IMG/VR virus record: IMGVR_UViG_3300021142_000013
Coordinates: 1-64,000 of that record
Length of the DNA stretch: 64,000 nucleotides
DNA from: a virus
Strand: one strand, 5' to 3'
Made by a program: the position numbers and the translations under genes. Each line of letters starts with the position of its first letter. Positions within the stretch are counted from its first letter, which is position 1. The notes below the pieces were generated by a model, which was not told where the DNA came from, searched no databases, and was given only the letters and a program-made list of their open reading frames with translations. Shown here piece after piece: positions 39,035-50,722 of this stretch.

Positions 39035-42000
39035 ATGCCTGAATACGCACCTATAATTAATCCAGATAATACCAGACCAATTCTACCTAATCAATCACCT
39101 TTAAGTGATAATATTAGTAAAGAACCTGTTATTGGTAATTCTAAGGAATTAGATGCACAATATAGGAAACAACAGTTCAATAATATATTTTCGGCTCCTT
39201 ATAAAGATAAGGATGCGATGAAAACTTATTATACGCCTGAACCTGAAACTAGAAAATATCCTTTATTTAATCCTTTGGTTGATAATGAAGAGATTTATGC
39301 ACAACAGCAAAGTCCTTTAACACAGACTTTTCACGGTATTACAAAAGGTGTAGCAGATGCAGGTATATCTTTTGCACAAACGTTATTATTTCAACCTAAT
39401 GCACAATGGGCAGAAGATGCTAAATCTCGATTAGAAAATTTTCTACCCAATTATTATTCTCATTGGCAACAACAACATCCTGTACAAGCAGCGATACCTT
39501 TTTTTGGTAGCGGAGCAAACTTTTGGTTTGATAAAGTATTTAAGGGTACAGCCGATATGCTTGGTATGATTGGTGCAAACTATATACAATCGGCTCTTAT
39601 AGGACTCGCTACAGGAGGAATTGGTGAAATAGGTACTTTATCTGAAGGAGTAGGTAATATTTATTTAAAAGCAAGTAAATTTTTATCAGGTGTAGATAAA
39701 ACAGCAGAATTTCTAAAAGATATGAATCTTGAAGGAAGAGAGCTAGAAGCTATACAAGGATTTGAAAAAACTTATACTCAAAATGTAGGTAGGGAATTTC
39801 TTCAGAATACAGGACATGTTGCTACAAATACAATATTTTCTCATATGATGGCTTCACAAGGAGCTAAAGAAACATATGATACAATACATAAAGATTTACA
39901 TAATCAATTTGTTCAGGAAAATGGTTACGAACCAACAGGAGAAGATTTAACAAATATAGAGAAAACAGCTACATCCGCGTCTAATGTAAAATATGGTACG
40001 GATTTCGCATTATTTATGGTTCAGGCACTTGCTATGCCACACTTACTTAATTCTTTTAAATCTGCTATAAACCCTTCTTTTAAAGGAGTTGAAGAACTTA
40101 CCTCTAAAATGAGCGGTAAAGTTTCTTTGGAAGAAGGTGCTAAAACATTAACAGATGCGGATAAACTTAAATATGAGAGTACTAAAGGTAATCCTTTTGT
40201 AAATAATTATATTAAGCCTTTTACCAAAAACATGATAACTCTTGGAGGAATTACTGTAGGAACAGAGACCTCTAAAGAAGCAGTTAAAAAATATTTTGAA
40301 GATAAATATAATAAAAAGATAGTAGGAAATTTAAATGATATTATAAAATCAACTGTTTCTGGACTAGAAAATACTTTTGGTTCTAATGAGGGTTTAGAAG
40401 GCATTTTAAGCTCTATGATGACGGGTGGTATACTTGGTATAGTTGAACATGCTTTAGAGGCTAGAAACGCTCGTAAATCAGGTCAAATGACTCCTGAAGA
40501 AAGGGGTAATTATGCATATAATCAAATGAATAATTGGTCGGCGTCAGGTATATTTGAAAACAATTATGCTGAAGCTGCTGCTACGATGAAGTCAGTTGAT
40601 GATATGAATCAAGCTATTAAAGATAACGATCCTTTGGCTTTTAAAGCGGCTAAAGATGATCATTTCTTTAATTTTATTACTTCAGGTATTAAAAATAATT
40701 TGTTTGATGTACGCATTGCTCAATTGGAAGCAATGAAAGAAATTCCTTTAGAAGAACTTAATAAATCATTAGGTTTACCAAAAGATACAGATTCTCATAA
40801 ATATATAGATTCTTTAATAGATAAAGCGCATGAACTTAAAAGAGCACATGACGCAATGAATAAAACATTAGGTAATCCTTTTGTTTATAAAAATAATCCC
40901 AAAACAGAAGAAGAATTAAAACAAAATGAACTTTATCAAACATTTGAAGATTATAAATCTTCTCTTGTTAAATTATCTTATAATAAAAGAGAAATAGATA
41001 AAGATGTTAAAAATATTGAGCAAGAAGCTAAAAAAGTAGATCCTCGTATAGATAAAGATTTGTTATCTAAATTAACAGATCCTAATAAATTGCGTGATCT
41101 CAAAGAAGAATATAAAGATAATATACGAGATTTAGAAGAACAACTGAGAGCAAAATTGTTTTCTGGTAAAGATCTTATTAATAAAAAAGAACAATTAAAA
41201 CATTTAAATACGCTTGTTTCTAAAATAGAAAAGACATTAGATTCAAAAACATTTAATGGTGTTGAGTACCATCCTTTATTTAATGATTTATTGAATTATG
41301 AAGTAAATGGTAGAAATTTAGAAAATCAAGTACCTATTGATAAAGTACATATCGCTGATTTATACGATAAAGGATATGATTTAAATAAACTTACGAAACA
41401 AGTTAAAATTGCAGATTTTGCATATGATTTCCAATTCTCTAAAGATGGCTATGATGATTTTATAGCCAGAACAGATGAAGCAAGAAAAGCTTTAGATATA
41501 TTCAGGAGTGAAGCTGAAATGAAAGCCTACTCTCCTATTAAGGATGCAGATGAAATCAAAGACAATAAAGCAAAACCTGAAGAAAATCGCCAATGGAATC
41601 TTAATAAAGAACATAATCCTTATACAGTATCACAAGATGGTGATAAATGGAATGTAAAAAATCCATTCGGAGAACCTATACAATCATTTGATACAAAAGC
41701 TGAAGCTGAAGAGAATAGAGATTATGAAAATAAAAATCTATCCGATTTAAAATCAATAACTCCTACTGGAAAGAAAGCAGATGATGGACGAATTGAAGTT
41801 GTAGATAGTAAAGGTAATGTTCAATGGTTAGATCCTAGAATGTTAGAAAACTATCAACCTACTAAAACAGAAGCGGAAATTGTTGCTGCTAGAAAAGAAT
41901 TTAATAAAAATCTTCAAGTAAGTGTAAAAAAACAAACAGATAAAAATAAACCAACAGTTCTTCCTGAAAACGATGATTTTGCAGAACAGATTGTAAAAGA

Positions 42001-45000
42001 TAATGAAGCTAGACCTGAAGCTAAAAAACCTTCTTTATCAACATTATTTTTGAGAGGAACATATAATGAAAAAGATGGTTCTCCAATACATAAACGTAGA
42101 GAAGCTTTTGCTGCAAAAATTGATAATTTACCTAATCACAATAATTTAAGATTAATTTTAATAACTCCTAACACAGAAGAAGCATTTGGTCTTAAAGGAT
42201 TAAGTGATGCTTTTTTAGATAATTTAGGGGAAGTTATTAATAAGAATGACCCTGAACAAGGTCTTGTAATGCGTGCGATGGTTGAACAAGATGCCGATGG
42301 TTCTTTGTATTATGTAAACAATAAAGGAGAACGTATTGGTAAAGCAGGTGAAGAAATACCTAATATATTAGAAAAAGGTATTTTTGATACCATGCCTACT
42401 ACCGATTTATCGTGGAGAAGTAAACCAGATGAAAAACGCTTTCATTATCAACAAGGACAAACGGAAGAAGATGCTTTAGCTTATCAAAAAGCATGGAAAG
42501 CTAAACGCAAGCAAATATTTAAATGGAAAGGTGATAAAGAAAATCTTTTAGGTAATACTGAAGTTTATGAATTTTTAACTTCAAGAGGTATCGCGCAATT
42601 AAACGATTTGACTCCTACAGGAAAAGTAGATGAGAACGGAAAAGAAATTAATAAAAGAGCTAGAAATGCTGTAGGAGGAACTCTTATAGATGAAAGTAAA
42701 ATAGGAAATGAAGGATTAATTGAAATATCTACTACAGGTAAAATCTCTCATAATGGAGAGGATATATCTGTTTCTAAAGGTGTTCCATTATTCCATAACG
42801 GTTCTACTCTAGAATATCTTTCCAATAGAAAATTAATAGATAAAGAAATATCTAATATTTATAATATTTTAAAGTATTCCGCAAAAGAAGGCAAATTTAA
42901 TCAGGATGTTATAGATTATCTACAAGGAGTTATTAACTTTACAACTACCGAAACAGGTAAATCTATTTCAAGGAACCAAGTATATCTTAAAGATGGTTTC
43001 TTATATTTTGGTAATAATGAAAACGGTGTACCCTTTACAGAAAAAGGTATTAAACAAAATAGTAAACTTATCGAAGAATACTTGGGTAAGATGTATAATG
43101 GTGTAAACAATAGATATCTTAAAGAAAATCGTCCGTTTACAGAAATATCTATCAACGATAAAGGAGAATTAGAATCTTTTACTTGGAAATCTTATCAACA
43201 TTATTTACTGTCTGATAAATATATATCTGATGACGCAGAACATAATTTACATAATAAATCTAGAGGAGGTGTAGATTCTATTCCACTTACTACTCCAATT
43301 AGGAAAGTTGTGGAAGATGTTCCTAACGATAGTAATTTTATATATAAATCTTTTATAATTCAAAATCAACAAGAAGGTGCGGAATTTCTTAAAATAGAAA
43401 AAAAGAAAGAACAACCTGAACCTATAAAAGAAACTAAACCAAAAGATACTAAGGAAACGCCTATAAAATTCGATACTACTACTAAGTATAAATTCAAATC
43501 TTCTACAGGAGAAGATATTGCTTATACTGCAGGTATTGATGAAAATGGTAAAGCTCAAATAAATTGGGTAGAAGAAGATCAATTAGGTCTTAGACGAGCT
43601 GTTGCAAAAATATTAACTAATAAAGGAAAGGACTTAAATGATCCTGAAAGTCAATATGAAGCAGTAAATCAATTAGAAAAAGAAGTTACGGATTATCTTA
43701 ATGAAAGGTTAGATAAAAAGCGTGCGACAACAGTAAAAGATGAAAAAAAGATAGATGAAAAGGCTAAAGAAATAAAAAAAGAAAAGAAACCTAATAGTAA
43801 GAAAAAGCCTAATCCTGGTTTTGGAGAAGAACAATATCGTATAGTAGATAATTTTGATTATGTAAAAGCCGATTTAAATAAAGAAGAAAAATGGATGAAA
43901 GAGAACTTGTCAACAGTTCCTTTTAATCGTTTAGAAAATATTATACGTACTACTAATGGAGGTACTGCTTTTGGTGTATTTAAAGATGCTGCTATTCATA
44001 TATGGGAAAATGCTGAAGTAGGTACAACCTATCACGAGGCTTTTCACTCTGTATGGGATATGTTTACAACTTTACCTGAAAGAGAAACTCTTTTAAAAGA
44101 ATTTAATAGCAGAGAAGGTAGTTTTATTGATAGAGAAACTGGTGAAACTGTTGATTATAAAAATGCAGACGAACATCAGATTTTAGAAAAAATGGCGGAA
44201 GAATTCCGTAATCATGTTATTACTAATAATAAACCTCAAGGAAATGCTTTAACACGTTTTTTTAGAGATTTGGTTAACATGATTAAAAAATTAATATCTC
44301 CAGAATCTAAAACTATTGATCAATTATTTAAGAGAATAAATTCAGGTTATTATAATACAGGTACTTCAGTATCAGAAACTTTTGATAGAGCAGATTCTAA
44401 ATATAGAGTTCCTGGTATAAGTGCGTCTAAAAGTTATCATCTAGTAAAAGATATTACTTCTCGTATTATTTCCAGATTATTTGCAACAGATGAAGGATTA
44501 AATACACTTGTTAATTTTGAAAATCCAAAAGATACTCCTTCTAAAGTATTTGAAGATATTTATAATGAGCGTGCAACTTATTATACAGATAACGATACCG
44601 AAGGAACTATTCCTGACCAGTTTGAAAACGGTTTAATAAATGAAGATCAATTCAAATCGTATCAAAATTTCTGGGCTAATGTAGATAAAGGATGGGATAC
44701 TGTAAAAGCAGATATTGTAGATTATCTTAAAACATTAGGTATTGATACTAAATTCTCTGGAGAATATGTATCATTAGCAAATGAAGAGTCTTATATTGAG
44801 AATAACTCTGAGAATGCAGATAGCGCAGATTATGACAAATCTGATAGACAAGAACAGTATCTTAAAGACGAATTTAAATTAGATGCTAAACGCTCTGCAG
44901 GAGTTCCTATTAAACTTTTATTATCTACTTTATTTGAAGCTAGTTTTCAAAAAGAAGCACAACCTATAAATGGATTAATGCCTGTTTCAGATGTTATTGA

Positions 45001-48000
45001 TCCTAATACAGGTTTGAGAAAGATGTTACCGTATGCTAAAACATTTAATACGTTAATGTCTACATTGTATAACTTAAATACTCCTAGTGAAAAACAAGAA
45101 AAACTTAAAGAACTTGCACAAAAAGACCCTAATTATGTACGTCTTTATAATCGTCTTGGTTTTAATAAACCTGCTGATCAAATAAATGCTGCAGAATTAA
45201 AACTTCAAACAATATTCTTCAGTGTTTTCTCTAAACAGAGACCTGAAACAATGACTACTATAAAAACTGAAAATGGTAAAGAAACTTCTACATTTTCTTC
45301 TAACACAGTAGCTAATACAGGTAGATTGTTAGAATCTTGGATGACTAATCTTGTAGAAGAAGGTTTGAAATCTGGTTTAGTTGAAGAAAGAGAAGGTGTT
45401 CCTACATTTAAAGCAAGTAAACTTAGAGATGCCTCATTAAAAACAAATGCAGATAAATCTAAATTCTTATCTTCTTTTGGGATTCAGTTTGATCCTTCTT
45501 TAATGGAAAAGCTTTCTGCTAAAGATCAAAAAGATTTATCTAAAGCAATTAATGGATTAAAAGAAGGTATTATAAAAAATCCTATAATTGTAGATGTTAA
45601 TAAAAAGACATTAGGCGAACAATCTAATCTAGAGCGTATTGCTGAAATTTTAACAAGAGCTAGTGGTGAAGGAGAAGAAAGTACTATATTTGGTCTTAAA
45701 AGCGAGCAGCGTCAAACATATTTAAATAATAATACAGTAAGTAACTGGTCTAACGATTTAAATAATGTTAAGACTAAAGAAGAATTATTTAACAAACTTC
45801 CTTTTTTAGAAAACGATCCTTATAGACAAGATTCTTGGTATTTAAGTAATTTGTTTAATGAAGATGGTACTCGCAAAGCTATTAAATTAGAAACTAAATA
45901 CACTCAAGGGATAAATGATCAATCAGATAATAGAAATCCCAGAAAGCCTATAGGAGTATTACCATATGCAGAACGTGTAGTACATCAGATAAATCAAGAA
46001 CTCAATAAAAATTATTATATACTTACTCCAGGAGATTCTAAAACAGAATGGATGTTAAGTATGGAACATATTATTCCATATTCTAATTTCAAAGGTGCTT
46101 TAGTAAACGATAAAGTATATAATTTATTTAATAAATATTATAAAACTGAAAAAGAAATTGCTACTGAAGCAGATGGTAAAATTAATGAATCTTATAAATC
46201 TTTAACATATCCTATCAACGGTGATTACAATACTGAAGAATTAGGTAAGGAAAAACTAACTAAATTCGTTACTGATAGAGTAGAAGCTACCAAAAAGACG
46301 TTAATGGATTTTGGCTTTATTCAGGATACAGGTAAAGGATTTAAGTTAAAAGGCTTTGATAAGAATTTTATGAAAGCAAACGATCTTAATAAAAATTTAT
46401 CTGCTCAAGAAGTACATGATTTTATTAAGTTTCGTGAAATTAATTATATGCTTAACAACGTTGAACAAACAAAACTATTATTTGGAGATATTGTTAGTAA
46501 AGCAAAAGATTGGGAAAAACGTGTAAAATCATTTCTATCTCCAAGACAATCTTCTTATTATGGAAATGATGCATACAATAATATTTTAAACGACGAATAT
46601 AATAAAGTAGGAGATACTCCTTTGAAACAAGGTGATCCTGGGTACTGGAATCATAAAGATAATATGAAGACAGCTACTATCAAAGATGTATATTCTACAG
46701 AAGATAGAGAGTATAACGGTAATCGTAAAAGTATCGTAAATGATGCTTCTTTACCTAAAGAAATTAGAGAAGCTTATGAGAAAAATAATGTTGCGGATGC
46801 TGGTGCATGGGTAAATGCGACTGCTTATAGAGAAATACTGACAAAAAGTCAGCAAACATTCACTAAAGAACAAGAACAACAGTATCAGTATGAATTAGCA
46901 AAAGATAGAATGCTGATAGATAAAGATAGTAAAGCAGGTATTTTACCTAAATCATTATCTTGGCAGTATTCTTCTGAAGAATTAAGAAAAGCAGATGAAG
47001 AACTTTTATCTAAAGGAGATCCTAAATCTGGAAAATTTGCAATTCTTAAAACAGTAGGTACTGGTGTAGATGCAGAAGGAAATACTTTCTTGCATAAAAA
47101 ATCTATTGCCCCACAATTCTATTCTATGTTTAGAAAAGAAGAAAATGGTAAAGTGTCTATTGGAAATGGTGCATTAGCTTATCTTAAAGATCTTCGTCAA
47201 GGAGTTTCTTATCACATTGCAGAAAGTGGTGTAAAAATAGGTGCTAAAGAAAAAGTAGATTTTTACAATAAAGAAGGACAACCTAATATAGAACAGTTTA
47301 ATCTTAATCAAATATCTTCAATTCCTTTTAGATATTATGGTATACAGGTAGAAACACAAGGCTCTAAAGAAAAACAAACTTTAGGTAGTCAGGTATCTAA
47401 GCTAGTTAAAATGAACTTTTTTAATGGTGGCTTACCTATTGATATTCAGGATAAATATAATTTAGATACATGGAATGGTTTATCTGAAAAAGAAAAATTA
47501 GATAATTCTCCTGTATATAAAGCAATTAAAAGATATTCTGATGTGTATAGTGCGATGCATGATCACGGATACAATATCTTTTTAAATAAATTAGGTATTG
47601 AGGATTTAGGTGATAGATTTGCTATACCTGATAAAAGTAAAGTACTTGCATTATTACAAAACGAACTTCTTCGTAGAGAAGCTCCTGAAAATATAAAAGA
47701 TGCAATTAAACTTAATGATCAGGGAGAATTTGTAACTGCTTTTGAAGCATTACCTAATTATAAACAAATTAAAGATATATTCTCTTCTCAAATAGAGAAG
47801 AATATTGCAAAGCCTAAAATGAATGGTGGTCCTAAAATCATGTTATCAAATCTTGGATTTGAAGTAGGTGATAGGAAAATAACTCAAAAAATGGTTAAAG
47901 GTAATCCTGTTTATGTATCTTCAGGATTAGAGTTTTATACTGCAGAATATGATAATGCAGGTAAAAGAACAAAAGTAAACCATATGGAAATAATGCTACC

Positions 48001-50722
48001 AATGTGGTTTAAAAACAAACTTAAAGGAAGTAAAAAATGGAAAAATTCATCTAATGAAGAAATCCTCAATCATTTAAACAATACAGAAGAAGGAAAGAAC
48101 ATTTTAAAAGGTATTGGTTTTCGTATTCCTACACAGGAAACAAATTCATCTGAAGCATTTATTGTAAAAGATTTCCTACCAGATATGCTAGGAGATACAA
48201 TTGTAGTACCAGAAGCACTTACTACAAAAGCAGGTATCGACTTTGACGTGGATAAAATGAATACATATCTTAAAAATGTATATGTAGATTCAAATGATAA
48301 CATTAAAGAAGTTCCTTTTTTTGGTATAGGACATGATGCATTAAATAAAGTAAAAGACTTTATACTAGGAAATATATTTGAAAAAAAAGTTACTGAGAGA
48401 TTAGATGCTATTGATAATTTAAGTGATGAAGATTTAGAATCAGATGGATTATATTCAGAATCTGATAGAATATATAAAGAATCATTAGAAAATGAATATT
48501 TCAATTCAATGAATAATTTAATTCTACATCCTGATAACTATGAAAGATTAATTGTTCCTAACTCCGCAGATAAATTTAAAAAAATAGCAAGTAATTTAAC
48601 AGAATTAGCTCCTGAAGAGTTTGGTGATAAAGGTGTTAAATCTCCTTTAGATAGTTCTTATATGGCTAATGGACGACATGGTGCGCTAGTTGTAGCACAG
48701 GGTGGTGTGGGTATCGCTGCTGTAGGACAAACAAACAATGCTTATAATCAATTACAACCAATATATCTAGATCCTGCAAAATTAGCAAATGTACCCAAAA
48801 AACAAAGAGATTGGTTAGGTACACTAGATATAAAACTTCCACACAATACAATTAATATTAACGGGATAGATCTTCCATCATTTTCTTCAAAGGAAGATAC
48901 GAAAGGGAATTTAATATCTAACAATATTTCTCAGGTAATAGATGGTACTGTTGACTATGTTAAAGACCCTTGGTTATCTAAATTGGTATACTCTAAATCT
49001 TTGCTTTCTCCAGCATTAACTATAATGAAACTAGGTACAGATCCAGAAACAACTTTTATGTTTTTGAATCAACCTGTTATTAGAGAGTATCTTAAATTCA
49101 TGGATAAAAATGGTGAAACATTTTTAAATAATGATAAATTAGTAAAATCTTTTTATAAAGTACAAGAGTTTAATTCAGGAAAAGCAAAATCTACTGAAAT
49201 TAATACTAAAGATCTTAAAAATAATATTTCTAAATACTATAAAGATAAAGGCAAGTTTACAGAAGCAGAAAACGCAGAACAAAAATTAATTTTACAAGAA
49301 TTTTTAAAATATAATACAATTTCTTCTAATTTATTTGATGTTTCTCGTGTTAGTGATAACGATACAAATCCAATTGTTACTGATGCTGATATTATAAAAG
49401 AAAATCTTAATCGAGAAAAAGCATTAAATAATAATGTTATATCTGGAATAAATAATCTTTTAAATAATACAGGACAAGATAATTTGTTTAAAAAACAAGT
49501 TGATGCTGTAAATGCTGTTTCGGAATCATTAAGTAATTTAGATTATGTAAAAGATATTAGAAATTCTGTAATAGGAGATATTGCAAATATAAGTAGACTT
49601 AATAAAGAAGACTATAATAAAGCTGCTCGTGATATAGATAGTTCTTTAATTACATATATGGTTCAAACAGAATCTGGTTTATCAGATAGAATTAAAGAAA
49701 TGATGATTGACAGAGAAACTTCTGTTGCAAATAAACTTTTAAATTTAAAGAAAAGTATTCCTAAAAACTCATCTCTTACCAGCAATAGTTTTTTAAATAA
49801 ACTATTTGCTAATATCAAAGGAGATACTAAAAATATAGGTCTTTTAACTAAAGTAAATGATATATTAACATCTGATACTTATACCAATGATCTACGTGAA
49901 TTAAGAGATAACGCATCAACCAATGAACTATATAAGGATTTAGTTAATTTATCTTTTCTACAATCAGGTGTATCTAAAAATGCATTATCGTATTCAGAAT
50001 ATCTTCCACACGAAGATTATAGTGAAATGATACAACCATTAATAGAAAACATCAGTCATTATGATTTAACAGCTTTTAAAGAAAATGGTGCATATTTTAG
50101 AAATGCTTGGAGTAATACCCGTGTAGTTCCTGAAACACATGAAAGTAGATTTGAACCAACTTTCTATAATCCTGAAGGAGGTGTAAAAGTAGGTCGTATG
50201 GAGTATGAACCTTGGCACAAAAGTCTTAGAGAGAAATATAATATAAAAGAGTTTTGGAATAGACCTTATAAAGTAGGTACTGGTTATGGTGTAGCAGATG
50301 CTTCATATATAACAATGAACTTAATAGAAAAAGATAATTTCGGAGAAGATGCTAATTTTGGTAAAGTACTTCTGAAAAGATTAGAAGATTCTCAAGGTAA
50401 TCCTATTATAGAAGGTAGTAATTTTACTAATTATGTATATATTCCAATAAATGCTTGGGGTAATGGTGTGAAAGCACAAGAATATTATTCTGAACCTAAA
50501 CAATCAGAATTTAAAAATGGATATCGTAAAGTAACAGAAATACCTGCAGAAGAATTATTAAATTCTTATAATAAAACAGAAGAACTTTTGGAAAATCCAA
50601 AAATTAATCGTACTTTTGATAAACCTGAAGAAAAATCGTTATCTAAAGATAATGAGCCAGAAGTTCCTTGGGATGAATGTACAAAACCTGCTTTTACTCC
50701 TAAAAAACCAAATAAAAAATAA
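39035..50722 (+). CDS. giant virion-packaged RNA polymerase polyprotein
   Basis: GFRIPTQ and GIDFDVDK (DxDxD at 48239-48253) as in crAss-like virion RNAPs; zincin TYHEAFH; hydrophobic N-terminal helices. Confidence 0.88.
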   Translation: MPEYAPIINPDNTRPILPNQSPLSDNISKEPVIGNSKELDAQYRKQQFNNIFSAPYKDKDAMKTYYTPEPETRKYPLFNPLVDNEEIYAQQQSPLTQTFHGITKGVADAGISFAQTLLFQPNAQWAEDAKSRLENFLPNYYSHWQQQHPVQAAIPFFGSGANFWFDKVFKGTADMLGMIGANYIQSALIGLATGGIGEIGTLSEGVGNIYLKASKFLSGVDKTAEFLKDMNLEGRELEAIQGFEKTYTQNVGREFLQNTGHVATNTIFSHMMASQGAKETYDTIHKDLHNQFVQENGYEPTGEDLTNIEKTATSASNVKYGTDFALFMVQALAMPHLLNSFKSAINPSFKGVEELTSKMSGKVSLEEGAKTLTDADKLKYESTKGNPFVNNYIKPFTKNMITLGGITVGTETSKEAVKKYFEDKYNKKIVGNLNDIIKSTVSGLENTFGSNEGLEGILSSMMTGGILGIVEHALEARNARKSGQMTPEERGNYAYNQMNNWSASGIFENNYAEAAATMKSVDDMNQAIKDNDPLAFKAAKDDHFFNFITSGIKNNLFDVRIAQLEAMKEIPLEELNKSLGLPKDTDSHKYIDSLIDKAHELKRAHDAMNKTLGNPFVYKNNPKTEEELKQNELYQTFEDYKSSLVKLSYNKREIDKDVKNIEQEAKKVDPRIDKDLLSKLTDPNKLRDLKEEYKDNIRDLEEQLRAKLFSGKDLINKKEQLKHLNTLVSKIEKTLDSKTFNGVEYHPLFNDLLNYEVNGRNLENQVPIDKVHIADLYDKGYDLNKLTKQVKIADFAYDFQFSKDGYDDFIARTDEARKALDIFRSEAEMKAYSPIKDADEIKDNKAKPEENRQWNLNKEHNPYTVSQDGDKWNVKNPFGEPIQSFDTKAEAEENRDYENKNLSDLKSITPTGKKADDGRIEVVDSKGNVQWLDPRMLENYQPTKTEAEIVAARKEFNKNLQVSVKKQTDKNKPTVLPENDDFAEQIVKDNEARPEAKKPSLSTLFLRGTYNEKDGSPIHKRREAFAAKIDNLPNHNNLRLILITPNTEEAFGLKGLSDAFLDNLGEVINKNDPEQGLVMRAMVEQDADGSLYYVNNKGERIGKAGEEIPNILEKGIFDTMPTTDLSWRSKPDEKRFHYQQGQTEEDALAYQKAWKAKRKQIFKWKGDKENLLGNTEVYEFLTSRGIAQLNDLTPTGKVDENGKEINKRARNAVGGTLIDESKIGNEGLIEISTTGKISHNGEDISVSKGVPLFHNGSTLEYLSNRKLIDKEISNIYNILKYSAKEGKFNQDVIDYLQGVINFTTTETGKSISRNQVYLKDGFLYFGNNENGVPFTEKGIKQNSKLIEEYLGKMYNGVNNRYLKENRPFTEISINDKGELESFTWKSYQHYLLSDKYISDDAEHNLHNKSRGGVDSIPLTTPIRKVVEDVPNDSNFIYKSFIIQNQQEGAEFLKIEKKKEQPEPIKETKPKDTKETPIKFDTTTKYKFKSSTGEDIAYTAGIDENGKAQINWVEEDQLGLRRAVAKILTNKGKDLNDPESQYEAVNQLEKEVTDYLNERLDKKRATTVKDEKKIDEKAKEIKKEKKPNSKKKPNPGFGEEQYRIVDNFDYVKADLNKEEKWMKENLSTVPFNRLENIIRTTNGGTAFGVFKDAAIHIWENAEVGTTYHEAFHSVWDMFTTLPERETLLKEFNSREGSFIDRETGETVDYKNADEHQILEKMAEEFRNHVITNNKPQGNALTRFFRDLVNMIKKLISPESKTIDQLFKRINSGYYNTGTSVSETFDRADSKYRVPGISASKSYHLVKDITSRIISRLFATDEGLNTLVNFENPKDTPSKVFEDIYNERATYYTDNDTEGTIPDQFENGLINEDQFKSYQNFWANVDKGWDTVKADIVDYLKTLGIDTKFSGEYVSLANEESYIENNSENADSADYDKSDRQEQYLKDEFKLDAKRSAGVPIKLLLSTLFEASFQKEAQPINGLMPVSDVIDPNTGLRKMLPYAKTFNTLMSTLYNLNTPSEKQEKLKELAQKDPNYVRLYNRLGFNKPADQINAAELKLQTIFFSVFSKQRPETMTTIKTENGKETSTFSSNTVANTGRLLESWMTNLVEEGLKSGLVEEREGVPTFKASKLRDASLKTNADKSKFLSSFGIQFDPSLMEKLSAKDQKDLSKAINGLKEGIIKNPIIVDVNKKTLGEQSNLERIAEILTRASGEGEESTIFGLKSEQRQTYLNNNTVSNWSNDLNNVKTKEELFNKLPFLENDPYRQDSWYLSNLFNEDGTRKAIKLETKYTQGINDQSDNRNPRKPIGVLPYAERVVHQINQELNKNYYILTPGDSKTEWMLSMEHIIPYSNFKGALVNDKVYNLFNKYYKTEKEIATEADGKINESYKSLTYPINGDYNTEELGKEKLTKFVTDRVEATKKTLMDFGFIQDTGKGFKLKGFDKNFMKANDLNKNLSAQEVHDFIKFREINYMLNNVEQTKLLFGDIVSKAKDWEKRVKSFLSPRQSSYYGNDAYNNILNDEYNKVGDTPLKQGDPGYWNHKDNMKTATIKDVYSTEDREYNGNRKSIVNDASLPKEIREAYEKNNVADAGAWVNATAYREILTKSQQTFTKEQEQQYQYELAKDRMLIDKDSKAGILPKSLSWQYSSEELRKADEELLSKGDPKSGKFAILKTVGTGVDAEGNTFLHKKSIAPQFYSMFRKEENGKVSIGNGALAYLKDLRQGVSYHIAESGVKIGAKEKVDFYNKEGQPNIEQFNLNQISSIPFRYYGIQVETQGSKEKQTLGSQVSKLVKMNFFNGGLPIDIQDKYNLDTWNGLSEKEKLDNSPVYKAIKRYSDVYSAMHDHGYNIFLNKLGIEDLGDRFAIPDKSKVLALLQNELLRREAPENIKDAIKLNDQGEFVTAFEALPNYKQIKDIFSSQIEKNIAKPKMNGGPKIMLSNLGFEVGDRKITQKMVKGNPVYVSSGLEFYTAEYDNAGKRTKVNHMEIMLPMWFKNKLKGSKKWKNSSNEEILNHLNNTEEGKNILKGIGFRIPTQETNSSEAFIVKDFLPDMLGDTIVVPEALTTKAGIDFDVDKMNTYLKNVYVDSNDNIKEVPFFGIGHDALNKVKDFILGNIFEKKVTERLDAIDNLSDEDLESDGLYSESDRIYKESLENEYFNSMNNLILHPDNYERLIVPNSADKFKKIASNLTELAPEEFGDKGVKSPLDSSYMANGRHGALVVAQGGVGIAAVGQTNNAYNQLQPIYLDPAKLANVPKKQRDWLGTLDIKLPHNTININGIDLPSFSSKEDTKGNLISNNISQVIDGTVDYVKDPWLSKLVYSKSLLSPALTIMKLGTDPETTFMFLNQPVIREYLKFMDKNGETFLNNDKLVKSFYKVQEFNSGKAKSTEINTKDLKNNISKYYKDKGKFTEAENAEQKLILQEFLKYNTISSNLFDVSRVSDNDTNPIVTDADIIKENLNREKALNNNVISGINNLLNNTGQDNLFKKQVDAVNAVSESLSNLDYVKDIRNSVIGDIANISRLNKEDYNKAARDIDSSLITYMVQTESGLSDRIKEMMIDRETSVANKLLNLKKSIPKNSSLTSNSFLNKLFANIKGDTKNIGLLTKVNDILTSDTYTNDLRELRDNASTNELYKDLVNLSFLQSGVSKNALSYSEYLPHEDYSEMIQPLIENISHYDLTAFKENGAYFRNAWSNTRVVPETHESRFEPTFYNPEGGVKVGRMEYEPWHKSLREKYNIKEFWNRPYKVGTGYGVADASYITMNLIEKDNFGEDANFGKVLLKRLEDSQGNPIIEGSNFTNYVYIPINAWGNGVKAQEYYSEPKQSEFKNGYRKVTEIPAEELLNSYNKTEELLENPKINRTFDKPEEKSLSKDNEPEVPWDECTKPAFTPKKPNKK

